Origin: Botryllus schlosseri
Lineage: Eukaryota
Direction: 5' to 3'
Length of the DNA: 64,000 bases
Assembly: GCA_051294905.1 (NCBI GenBank)
Contig: CM119373.1
Span: forward strand, 4,652,001-4,716,000
Below the pieces are notes generated by a model that ran no database searches, was not told the DNA's origin, and was given only the letters and a program-made list of their open reading frames with translations. This document shows positions 25,701 to 37,700 of the stretch, one piece after another. Every line of letters starts with the position of its first letter. The stretch's first letter is position 1. The position numbers and the translations under genes were made by a program.

Positions 25701-28700
25701 ATCGTATCACAAAATATGACGTCACCAGCATGAAATGAGATCTCAAATAAGAAAGCGTTCAGTGTACTATTTTAAGATGGTACACGAACTCCTTTTGTAA
25801 ACGAAGCATGGGCTGATGTATTTTAATGAAGGTCGACTTCAAGGCACTCAGATAAAAGTGTGAGCGGCTCCTCCCGATGACGCGAAAACTGTCATCTCGA
25901 TAGTTTCTCGCACAGTGGGATTACCCAATATAGATGCTTGCCAATGGCAAGATTTATGGCCTTCGAACGCTCAGCCTCAAGCTTCAGCGAATAAGTAAAG
26001 GTTGGGCTTTAACCGAGGGTGATGCACGTGCTCTGATAAATCTAGAGACATGCTCTGATGCTGGCTAATGTGTTCCTGCGTTCCAATTCTCTACTATAGT
26101 TGCTGATGTTTACTATTGACGAGTGTCAGCCGAAAATAATCGGGTTCATTTCAATATGAATATACTATTCTATCGTATAGTAATTTATGAAGACCGTATC
26201 ATGATGAGTGATCCCATTTCCAAAACTTCACTACCAATGATTTATGTTATGCCACTAAGCCTCATAGCGTACGCGTACACTTTTTCAGAGTCGCGTTGTT
26301 ATTCTACGTCTGCATAACTGACGGAATGTTCCGGCGAATGCTCGTTATGTTGACCGAATGGTTATACACTACAGATGCCAATAGCCTGGAACAACTGACG
26401 GAATTTCTTCGGGGTCAGAATGGTTCAATTACTTCCATTGCAACTAATGTTGTGAAGGATGAGCTGTCAACTGCAGCAGCGACTACTGCCATGGTTTCGA
26501 CAACGATAGATTACAAGTTGACAGCACCGACTTCGCAGAGCACAAATGCATCAGGTAACTGAAATACGTCATAGCGAAGTAATCGGAAAGCATAAATGAG
26601 TGTTGGTATTTAGGATTGAATCTCAACATTACCATGTTCATTCCAATTTTCATGCCCATGGGTAGTCGAAGTTTAGAGCGGTGAGAATCAAAAGCAAGTA
26701 AACGTACTCCCGAATTCAAAACGCCCCACAAGTAGAGAGGAAGATATTTTTAAATCACACCAAAACTACTACAGGAGTAGCAGAATAAAAATGCGTTGCT
26801 TCTGGAATTCAATACAAATAAGCAGATTGAAGTCGTAGATGGAGACGAGACTTGTCAGACTTTCGTTACTCGATTGCTGGTGAAAGGTAACATATTTACT
26901 ATGGAGGGTATGAGCTCGAGGTTCACGTTCGCTTTCATTATAACATCTTTGGTTGAAATTCTTTGCATTTGAGCTTCGAACTTCGAATCACTCTGAGCAT
27001 GGAACAGGCAGCATGTAAATGTGAACGCTGAACAATAGGGTTACCATATTTTGGAAGTATGAAAAGAGTACACTTTTCAAAATTTCGAGACTTGAAAAAC
27101 CCGAAATAAATCCTCGGAAATTGGTAAATTTTTCCCACTTCGTAGTCGGTTGAATGCAAAATTAGAACAATAGGTTAACTTTCAGCTTCAACTCCCGAAG
27201 TTCAGTTTTTCTTTCGCATTATTGGCTGGTTGATTAAGAAATAAATTCAAAAAAGGTCAACCTTCCGGCTCAGCTCCGGAAATACCCGCCGGAGCTTTAC
27301 TTCAGTGCTCTCAACTAGGAAGACAAAATTTCAAAAAAGAAGACATTTGGGAGTCCTCCGAGGATACTTTCAAAAAAGTAAAAAGAGGACAAATCCTCTT
27401 AAAAGAGGACGTATGGTAACCCTACTAAACGAGCATGCACCGTGCCAATCTCAAAAATCTTACTTGCTTTGTTACAAAAGTTTGCTCGAAACATTTTGCT
27501 TTCCGTTTGTGAATATCTCGCGACTCTCTGTTGTGAACTTGACCCGCAGTCACACAACACCAAGAACGAAATACACTATGCACAGGCCGTGTTATTTTTG
27601 GCATATGCCAAAACTGCCAAAAATAACTTATTTTTGGCATTTTTCGATTTTTATTTTTGGCAGTTTTGGCATCGTCATCTAGATAGATAGTTTCAGCCTC
27701 GAATTAGTCACAAAAACGCTTTATTTGGGCTAGTTTTTCAAAAGACACCACAAAATGTGCAGCATCCACGTATAATCAGTGCCAACAAACAATAAGAAGA
27801 AAAAACCTAACGATTTCATAGGTTAATAATATCAAACGAAACCACAAAATGTGCAGTATCCATCCGACTCGGTGCCAATAAGCAAAAAAAAAGAAAGAAA
27901 AGTCTAACAAACACGCTCAACAGCTGATTGTTACAGGTGTTGAATAGACTTAAATCGTTAGCACTGTAACAGTGCTTCCAAACTCTGGTCAGCTAAGTTT
28001 CTCCTAAATTCATTTCTCGCCCAGCGAATCTTGGAAATATCGGCTTCAACAGTAGCCATTGAAGGAAAGAATGTTGCCAGTCATCCACAAAAGGTTTTCA
28101 GAGCTTCAAAATCTTTGGAGGGCCAAACCGGCTTCCATGCATCATGAAAAGAGATCATTTCGCCAGTGCCATCGATCTCATCCCGGAAAGAATTTTCTTC
28201 CCGATCCTTTTCCAGGAGTTTCCTGTGTTGTCTCTCAACACATTCTATTTAGTAGCCCGACTATCATTTCTCCTTCAGTCTACCGATATATTTTCGGAGG
28301 ACTTTTGTCACTTCAGGTGGCTTTAATATTATTTGTTGCGTCACAATGTTCAACTCGATCACAATGCAAAAATCGTGGTTGATTTTGGGGGTTCCAGCTC
28401 CATAAGCAGAATATAATTTATATTTTAATAATCAGTACTGCGGCAGCTTCTCATTGATACCCGTTTTGTCAAATTTAGTGCTCGACAAGCCGGTCAAAAA
28501 TGGTCGTAAAATCGCTTTTGGACAAATGGAAAGTATGACGTAAACCAAATGCAGTCAGCCGTTCAATCACGCTGTGCCCACACCATTTAGGACACCATGC
28601 TTTCACCCCTAATGGGTGGGCTGGACCTAGATTAAGAAACCTGCCTTTCACAAACGCTCTTCTCGCTTGTAACGCGGTCCAGTTAACACAACACCATGAA

Positions 28701-31700
28701 CGAAATACACTATTTGGCCGGCCGTGTTATTTTTGGCATATGCCAAAAATTGCTTATTTTTGGCATTTCCAAATTTTTATTTTTGGCAGTTTTGGCATCT
28801 GGCTCCTGAAATGCCAAAAATAACACGGCCTGACTATGCATGTAGGTATAGTCAGCGAATGATGCTTATGCAACCAATCGAATAAATTGATATAAATAAT
28901 GCATCGTCACCTGATGTAAAAAATCGAGCAGCCGTGCGGCATCCATCTTTATTTGATTTGTTGGTTGTATCATAAAACCCAAATCTGTGCGTTTGTGGTG
29001 TTGGCTACTGCATTACTTTATGGGGTAATATCGGAAGCAAGTGTATAATCCCGTTTTGCACTCTGCTCAATATCAATGTAGCAATAGTCAGACGCCGAAT
29101 TCATTGTCCGGTAGGGCACTTACAGTTAAGCAGTGGTTCCCAGCCTTTTTGTCTTCATTCCCCACTTCAGATTTATTCCGAGCCTTCATTCCCCACCAGG
29201 ACCGTAACAGCACTTAGTCAGCCCTGCCAAAAAAAAACGTGGATTTTTACCCCACAGGGTGATAAACCCAACTAATCCCCCCAGCCCCGCTGAGCCTGTA
29301 CACTGTAAAAAATCTGGTAGATTTACTGGGAAATCTCTGTAAATTTTACAACGAATTACCGGTCGCAGCCAATAACTGTGCGTAGCTTGTAATTTTACAT
29401 TTTGATATGTGATATTACCTTAGTTTAGCTGTGAAGTCAAGTTGCCAGAATTTCCTCGCAAAATTACTGACAGTTACTCGTAACTGCAGTTTACAAGGCT
29501 ATTGGGAAGATTGATTAGCTTCATAATCGCTGCAGCCAATATATACGTGGAAATGAATGTTACTGATATATCATTCTCGTGGTGATTTGACTTGATTCAA
29601 CCTCGTTCGCGAAACTGGGGTCTGTCGTACGGAAATTGTTGGCCCTGGTACCAATTTCAGTATAGTACATAGTAAGTAGGGTACAAGAAACAACTGACAA
29701 TCGTAGCTAATGTAGTTACACCATAGCCATTATAATATATTATAAGGCTATATGGCCGTTCTCGCTGGTTACATTCGTTGTTACGGATACGGCTGATAAG
29801 TTAGAAAATCAGTTTAGGATGTATAATATTGTTCGGGAAACTAGAAATATCAGCACCGCATGCTCAGTTGACCATTTGCTAATTGGCGGACAAGGCGACC
29901 TGTAATAGGTTACAATAGGTTACCGTTACGCGTTACTGGTTTTCTGAGATTTGTAGTAAACAGCCAACGCACAACTGTGACATCACAAGGAGCGTCTCGT
30001 TTAGTAAGTACAGAAAGTAGTGAACAACACTTGGGATAAATATCAATTTATACGAAATTAGACGGAAAAGAAAGGAACTATATGTACTGATAAATGTTTC
30101 TGTATGAAAGAGAAATAACCTAAGTCAAACATTATAACGTGGCCAGCAAATATTATTGGTGGCATGTCAGCGGATGAATACGACTTATTTCGAAATCGTT
30201 CGAGTGTCGTATCGTTATCTGACCATTATTGAGATTTGAGCAAAGGGTGATGCGAAGCTTGTTGTGCTTGAAGAAAGTGGACACGATCGTGGAAGATTCC
30301 TAGGAACGCTGAATGGAATACGCATCGTAAAAGGTACAGTACTACATAGTACTTGTTACCGTGAATATCTGCGACTGTGCAATGTGCACACCACTTTGAT
30401 TTCATGATTGAAATATTTCATTCTCCGCATTCTCTGTTCTATTTTGGGATACTAGCAGTGGCGGCTCGTCCTATAGGGCAACTGGGGCATTGCCCCACCT
30501 AAAATTCTGTTCAATAACAATTTAACCATTTATAGACGCACAGCAATCAATATATACCGAGATCACAGCGAAACCCGCGTTCTTCTTGTGCTTTCGCTTG
30601 CAAACGCCCATACATAGCGAAGTCTCTGCGAAAATCGAATTCTCTTCTGTGTTTTCGCTTTGTGAATGCCTAGCCGGGGCTTGCCCCGGTAGCGCTCATA
30701 ACAAGCTTTCACTATCTATTCTCTCAAAGCCGCGCACAATAAAGAAACGGTGATTTACTCTCTCCTATTCGTAAAATGGCCGAGCAACCGGGGCAAATAT
30801 GCCTACTCGCCCTTAAGGTGTGATGTAACAATCGTATCTATATCTGAACTCGGTTACCGTAATATGCGTTGAGTCGACCTTTGCTGGTATAGGTCGATTT
30901 TGACGGTGTTTCGCACCATGATAATTCTTGAAACTTGGTATGATATGTCGTGAAGGTAGTATTTAACACTGCTCCAAGTTTCAGGCTTGCTACTTAAAGA
31001 TAATGGTAGTAATTCCGTTTCCGAAGTTCAGTGTGTGCTGATCTATCATGTACATAGTACAGCAAACAGATTTTACTCAAAAGCCGGTATTGGTCTCCAT
31101 TGATTTTGACGATGTTCTATACCGAGGTCGGTCATGACATTTGGCACGGTAAGTGTTAGTATCGACCGCTGTAACAAGTTTTAAGTTTGTCACTGAACTA
31201 TGTGGGTGGTAATTTCGTTTCCAAAGTCGAGTAAGAGCTGACTCTTCATTTGTCGCCAACAAATTTACGCAAAAGCCGTTATTGGTCTCTATTGATTTTA
31301 ACGATGTTCCATACCTAGATCTGTCATGAGCCTTCACACGGTATGTCTTGATTTTAGTATCGAACGCGGTGCCAAGTCTTAAAGTTGACACTCAACGATT
31401 GAGGCAGTTATTTCGTTTTCGAGGTCGAGTATGGTAGAGATGCGCGCTGATCTGATACTTAGCCTACCTACGTCATTGCGGATCTCACGCAAAAGCCGGT
31501 GTCGGTCTGTGCTAATCTATAGTCTGCGTTCCATAACGAGATCGGTGATGATATTTCCATGATGATCGCATGAAACAGCTAATTAAGATTCTCGGTTTGC
31601 ATTCAAATATTCACATAATTTTATGTTCGCCAATGTCCATTTCACTGTGAATATGTGGCCTTCAAACCATTTGCTTACAATCCCCTGTCAATTGCGATAG

Positions 31701-34700
31701 CTATTTCATTTTCGATGTCGGCTAACAGCTGATCATTCGATCAGCCTATTCCTCGATCTATTTTACTGAAAGTTCGGTGTTCGTCTGTTTGCATTGATTT
31801 TGACAGTGTACCATACCGGAATGGGTTATGAGATTGCGTATGCTACTTCTCGATGATTTCTTGTAACAGTATACTAAGTTACGGCTTTTATTCATGTATT
31901 TATATATTAATATATTTTCCAACGGCGATTTCGCAGCAGACTTATAGACAGTAAGCCGTATGTGTTGTGTCACAGCAGTGTTGGGATCAAGTCACTACCT
32001 TCGAGTCACGAATCATTTCGAGTCATTGCACATTTTGACTCGAGTCAAGTCAAGTCAATCGATTTTCAAAGGTGACTCGAGTCAAGTCAAGTCACTCGAT
32101 TTTTGGAGGTGACTCGAGTCAAGTCGAGTCAAGTCAAGTCAAGTCACGAGTCAAGTCAAATTTCAAGTCAAGTTGCCTTTTCGATGTATGTATGAGGCAT
32201 GATTACGTCATTGCAATTTGCTAGCTGTCTGAAATACAGTTTGAGTGGTCATTGGTCATTGATTCCGAACCGATGAACGAATATAGAGTTAAATATACAC
32301 GCAAGAAGGCGCTTTATCGCTCACATATACGTAGAACTGTTACACTACGTAATTGCATAGCCTCAGTTTATAGTTACCAGCCAAAATAGAGAATAGGGAA
32401 ACGAATTGATAAGGCAATACGTTACCCATTTACAAATAGATATGATACCATTCGAGCCTGCGCCAATGGTTGAGGACTATATAAACTATATTCGACTTCA
32501 ATTTCAATAAAACAATCGGTTTGGTTAAGGTAAGATAGAAATAGACATTTTGCTATTCTATTACTTTACCACTAGAGTTACGACAACGTAAGCTTTAAGC
32601 TTCAATCACTTCGTTTGCAGTCAATCTATTTGTGAGAGAACAATCGAGGCTCGGTGAAATGCACGCTTATTGAATGAATGATTGGTCGCTCTCAGTCTCA
32701 CGGGTTACGCAAGCGTTTCGCGAACAATCCGAGCATATCCAAGATACAGTGATTTTTATCGACACCGATTACTTTATGACTTGAAATTGACTCGTGAATT
32801 TTGCTCCGAGTCACGAGTCAATCCACATTTCTGATTCGCCGAGTCAAGTCAAGTCAAGTCATTTTGGCAAAGTGACTCGAGTCAAGTCAAGTCATGCGGA
32901 AAAGGTGACTCGAGTCTGACTCGAGTCAAGTCATGACTCGAGTCATCCCAACACTGTGTCACAGTCTCCAGTTTCAAGGCCAAAATGTCCTACGTTGATC
33001 CGAGACCGAAGTTCCGAGGCTGCTGTCCTTAGTTCTTCAAAGACCATTCAAATTGATGTTCTGGATTCAATATGACAGGCCCAATCTATGACATAACAAT
33101 TGCGTATGTGTCCGAACTCGTTGACCTTTCCAGTTAGGCTTACGCAATCTCTCGAGTTCTGGTCATTGGAATTAGTCAGGTCAAGTCAAGTGCGAACATG
33201 AATCGTATTGAATCTTTATTCCGTACGTAGTTTACGCAGCTGCCTTTAGAGCGAAAATGAGAGGTCTAGAAGTTGTCCAGTCTATTGATCCAATCGTACG
33301 CCGGGTGCCTCCGCTTTGGTTGCCTATTATCACCTGGTCGTAACCAGAGATGGCCACAGTCCGGTTCAGGAGCCGGAGCAGGATTTCAATGTTTTTTTAC
33401 CTGGCCGGACTGGATCCGGATTTCGAATTTGGGGTGACGGTCGGATTTTAGGGTCTATCGATTTGCGTAATCTATAACTCTACCATGAAATCAAAACGCA
33501 TGCTACTAAGGATGACCTGATACTTGATTCGTGGCATAGGGACGATTCTTAGTTCACGTACATTTTGTAAAATAATCCTTTGATTAAAAATAAATGAATA
33601 AAACATTTGTTACCACACTTCAAGTCACGGCTCACCGGCAAACCTCTCGCGGCACCTACGTTAAAATCACTGTTGTCGGGAAATTCATGTGACCATCATA
33701 AAGTTACTTTTTTGCGTTGGAAAACGCCATTGTGACGTCATGTTGATAAAAGTCGCTCGCAGCCCTTGCCCCACCACCCGATATCGTCACGAGCCGCCAC
33801 TGGATACTAGTCGACTTAGTGACCTGTGACACCACATACTCCGCCGTGGAGGAGTTGAAACTGTTGGCTTGTTTATGTCATTTTCGGGCCATAGCATAGA
33901 GATGTTTTCATCCACTACTGGATTTGTTTGGCACACATGCCACCTCGTATCCAGAGTGGAATTGGTGAGGATGAGGAACCTTTTGCTTCAATACATTGAT
34001 AAATTAAGTCATGAATCTCTGCTATATCATGTACAAGGCGGAGCCTTCATCACACAATGTACCAGTACCGGTACTTCAAAACATGTTACCATATATTTTT
34101 GTTTGCCTATTTGTCTTGGTAGTCTTTATAATGTCATGTCTAGGTTAGGAACTTTGCTTTATATAGCGACTTACTCATGAATTCTTTTTAGTGGAACTGC
34201 AAGATACTAGTTACACAGAAGGAATGAGGAAGATAAAAAGAAACAATTGGAAGTTTCGCCGGTGGTGGAATTAATTCACCTTTTCTTGCGACCGCTCGTG
34301 TTACTGCATGTCTCCTAAAGAAGAATTAGACCTCCAGCAGCAATTCTTTTCCATCGATTACCACTTCATCGTGATATCAAGAATAAATATACAGTTTGTT
34401 CCAATGTCGTTTTGGGAGTGTGAAGAAAATTTTGCGATATTTTAGCATCGGGTTGCTTTGCGATAGGTATGGGTGTACGTGAATTTACAAGCTGGTATGT
34501 ATCCTGATTTGCAGGGACAGCATGTAAGTAGGTAGGTAGGTAGGTAGGCGGTCTCGGTCTCAAATGTACAGGAGAACATGTAGATTGGATATACCCGGAG
34601 GGGACTGTAACATTACAGTCTGTCGTGTAAAGTGAGATTACCGGACGAGTGTAAGTTGGATTTGCATTGACCAACGGTAATGTTAGATTACCACGAAATG

Positions 34701-37700
34701 TCTGGCTACCGTGCTTCCAAACATTTCGCGGTAAATCGAGGTTTTTATTTTTTACAGTGTACGCTTTTTTCCACGCTACTTATCAGCTACATTGGGTATA
34801 CTGTTTAGTGCGTCGCATTATTTGGACTAAACGCGCGAAGCGCGAAAAATGTATATAGTTCGTGTTTGAATCGGTAAATATGATCGGGAATTGCATATAT
34901 TTTGTTTTAAATTTTTTATCCCCTCTCTGCTCACGCAATCAGATTTACTGGTAAAGCTGAGTGAGGTGTGTTGGAAAAGGTGATGGCTGGTGGTACCTCA
35001 AGGGTGGTATATTGACTTCATTACATCATGCTATTTCGTGACCTATATCTGCTATGTCAAAAGATATGAAAATCGCCCAAACTGAAAAGCACACACGATT
35101 TCAAATTGGTAATGCTTTACTGGCAAATAATTTATTCCTATACGGGATGGCATTTGCGCTGTGGGGTTCAGATCGCCAGGACAGGAACATTCGGTCCCAA
35201 TCATTTAGCCGCACATGGACAAATAAACACTTATGTATATTGTATATATATCGAAGATTTCGGTCACTACAAGGCAATTCCTTCTCGGCCAAGGTATTCT
35301 CGCTGCTGATCGTTCTGACGCACTTCTCGGAGTTGCATGTTACTTGGGCTTGGTGCGTCGTGGCGCAGTAATGGCCGACGCCGAAGTCTCCATTTCTATA
35401 AATTCTACGTATTTTCGTGGGGGAAAGTTACCGAATAAACAGATATTCGGCAATATTAAATCGTGCTCCCAGAGCGAAAATTTTTTGATAAAGTGGCATA
35501 AATTTAAAAAAAAACTTTATATTTATGTTATTTCACGAAAAAAGTTTGGGCCTCTTCGAGATCGCCCCCCTCCAATGGGGGTTCAGGGTGCGGCAGTTAC
35601 GGTCCTGCTCCTCACTATACCCAGCACTTTTGTCATCACAGAGCGGCTATCTGCTGGTTTGACTACACAAGACACACAACTCACCAGTACGCAAGACAAT
35701 CGCATTTAACTGCAACATAAAACGTATTGTGAACCGATACGAGTAACGCTCAAAATTTCGCGAAAACGTTATTTCACGTCAAACTAGTCGTGCTGGATGC
35801 GTTTGTGACGCCATGATTGGCCATCCAGAGTTAAAAATGAGGTTTTGTGAATAACACGCAATATCATTTTCGATACATACATTCCAGAGCAGGTAACTGG
35901 TAGCGGTAATTGCTAGGGATGGTGTGAACGTGAGGTTCGCGTTCGCGTTCTGTATGTGAACCTCGGAAATTTAGAGGTTCGCGTTCACAACAGAACCTTG
36001 ATAGGTTCTGCACTGTGAACCTTTTTCATATATTACAATTATAACATCTTTGGTTCACATTTATTGCATTTCAACTGCGGGCCGCTGTGTGGATAGCGCT
36101 GGTAGCATTAAAAATCAACACTAAACGAGCATGCACTTTGACAATCTCAAAAGTTTTACTTGCTTTGTTACAAAAGTTTGCTCGAAATATCCAGCTTTCC
36201 GTTTGTGAATATTTAGTGACTCTCTGATGTGAGCTTGACTCGCAATCACACAACATCACGAGCGAAATACGTAGTCAGCTCATGAATGCTTATGAACCAA
36301 TCAATAAGATTGATATCGTTTTCTGATGTAAAAATTCGAGAAGGCGTACGGGGTCAATCTTGACTCAATATCCGTGCGATTGAGGGGTCGGCTACTGGTG
36401 TATAACTTCTTAATGGAGTAATATCGGTAACAAGTATAGTAACACAATGTAGCAATACTCATACGCCGAATACATTGCCTGGTCTGGCCTAGACCGTTAA
36501 GGGGTAAGCGTATATTCCCTGATAAGTCCTCGTCGAAATTGTTGGCAAAGCGACGGAAGATATTGATTTTATGGGAGTATTATATACTTTGATTGCCTCA
36601 GTTGATACATTTGGCGACGTTTAAAACGCATTAGCATTGTTGCATTATGTGACCCAAGTCGTCGCTAGGTATCGTGTACAACTGTACATTAATATAGGCT
36701 ATCACTTCATTGAAAGATATGGTTAGAATTAGCAATATAACGTCACGTGACGTCATGAGGTTCACATTCGCGTTCACACAGAACCTTTCAAAAAGGTTCG
36801 CGTTCACACGAACCTGAACCTTTCAGAGGTTCACACCATCCCTAGTAATTGCGCATGTGTCTCCGTGAATATGTTGACTGTCCTGTATATAATTTTGAAC
36901 AAATTCGTCTATTCCCCACCAGAAATCATTGAATTCCCCACCAGTGGGGAACTCCCCGCCGTTTTGGAACCACTGAGTTAAGGCGTAAGCTTACAGGTCC
37001 TCGTCGAAATCGTTGGCAAATCGACGAAATATATTGATGTTATGGGAATATTATAGCATTTGATTGCCCCAGCTGATACATTTGGTGACGTTAAAAAGTC
37101 AACGCATGTTCTTCAGCATTGTAACATAATGTGACCTGAGTCGTCGCTAGGTATCGTGCATAATAATATATCGCTTCAGTCAAATGTTGGGTTGGAATTA
37201 GCAATATGACGTCACGCGGTCACATGAACCTGGCCGTTTGATGAGTTCACACCATCCCTAATAGTCCTGTAAAAACGTTGTATGCCCGTTGCTTATGACT
37301 TTGCTCACAGCATGCCCATTGCCCAATCCCGTACGAACTGGCAGTCGTCAATGCGAGATAATCAATGCAGATGAAATGGGAAACTAATTCTTGGCCACAG
37401 CCAGTTTCTTCAGAAATCCACCGGAATGGAGCTGCAGCTACATGAAAATTTCAACTATCCTTCTTATTTGCTAATTGAATTAATAGTGTTCAATGGTGGC
37501 GCGGCTGTGAGTCTCAGAGTCTACTTGACCCGTTGCGATTTTGCGAAATTGCTGAAACTACGTCTTCGCGACTAACGCAAAATAGCTAATGACACTTCTG
37601 AGATGTTCCAGTTACTGAGATATATTTAGTTTCCCTTATATAAAACAGCTACATTGCCAGGTTAGTAGAGCAGTTTCACTTGTCAATGTGATGAAAGCTT

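Larger units (their letters stand above)
24245..26172 (-). mobile_element. 5'-truncated Penelope-like retroelement: 3' pLTR (split by a MITE), endonuclease C-terminal remnant, inverted 5' pLTR
   Basis: Minus strand ~26060-25759 translates to ...EHVSRFIR...LAIGKHL...CARNYRDDSFRVIGRSRSHFYLSALKSTFIKIHQPMLRLQKEFVYHLKIVH*, matching the end of ORF 43945-44529; hammerhead-bearing repeats on both sides in opposite orientation. Confidence 0.8.
29301..34759. mobile_element. CACTG-ended (CACTA/EnSpm-like) non-autonomous element, level 3
   Basis: TIRs cactgtaaaaaat / attttttacagtg; TA TSD. Confidence 0.75.
29131..36975. mobile_element. hAT-type MITE, level 2 of the intron-4 nest
   Basis: cagtggttcc / ggaaccactg termini; attccccac motifs at both ends; duplicated agttaag flank. 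Confidence 0.75.
26900..37260. mobile_element. MITE of the (gttcac) family expanded to 10 kb by nested insertions
   Basis: Decayed left TIR tatggagggtatgagc, right TIR gttcacaccatcccta; the pieces are collinear with 35914-36844. Confidence 0.75.

Noticed and set aside
31990..32175. CRISPR-like array (also 56850-56947 and 12568-12686)
   Set aside because: Tandem repeats without unique spacers, no cas genes, eukaryotic context.
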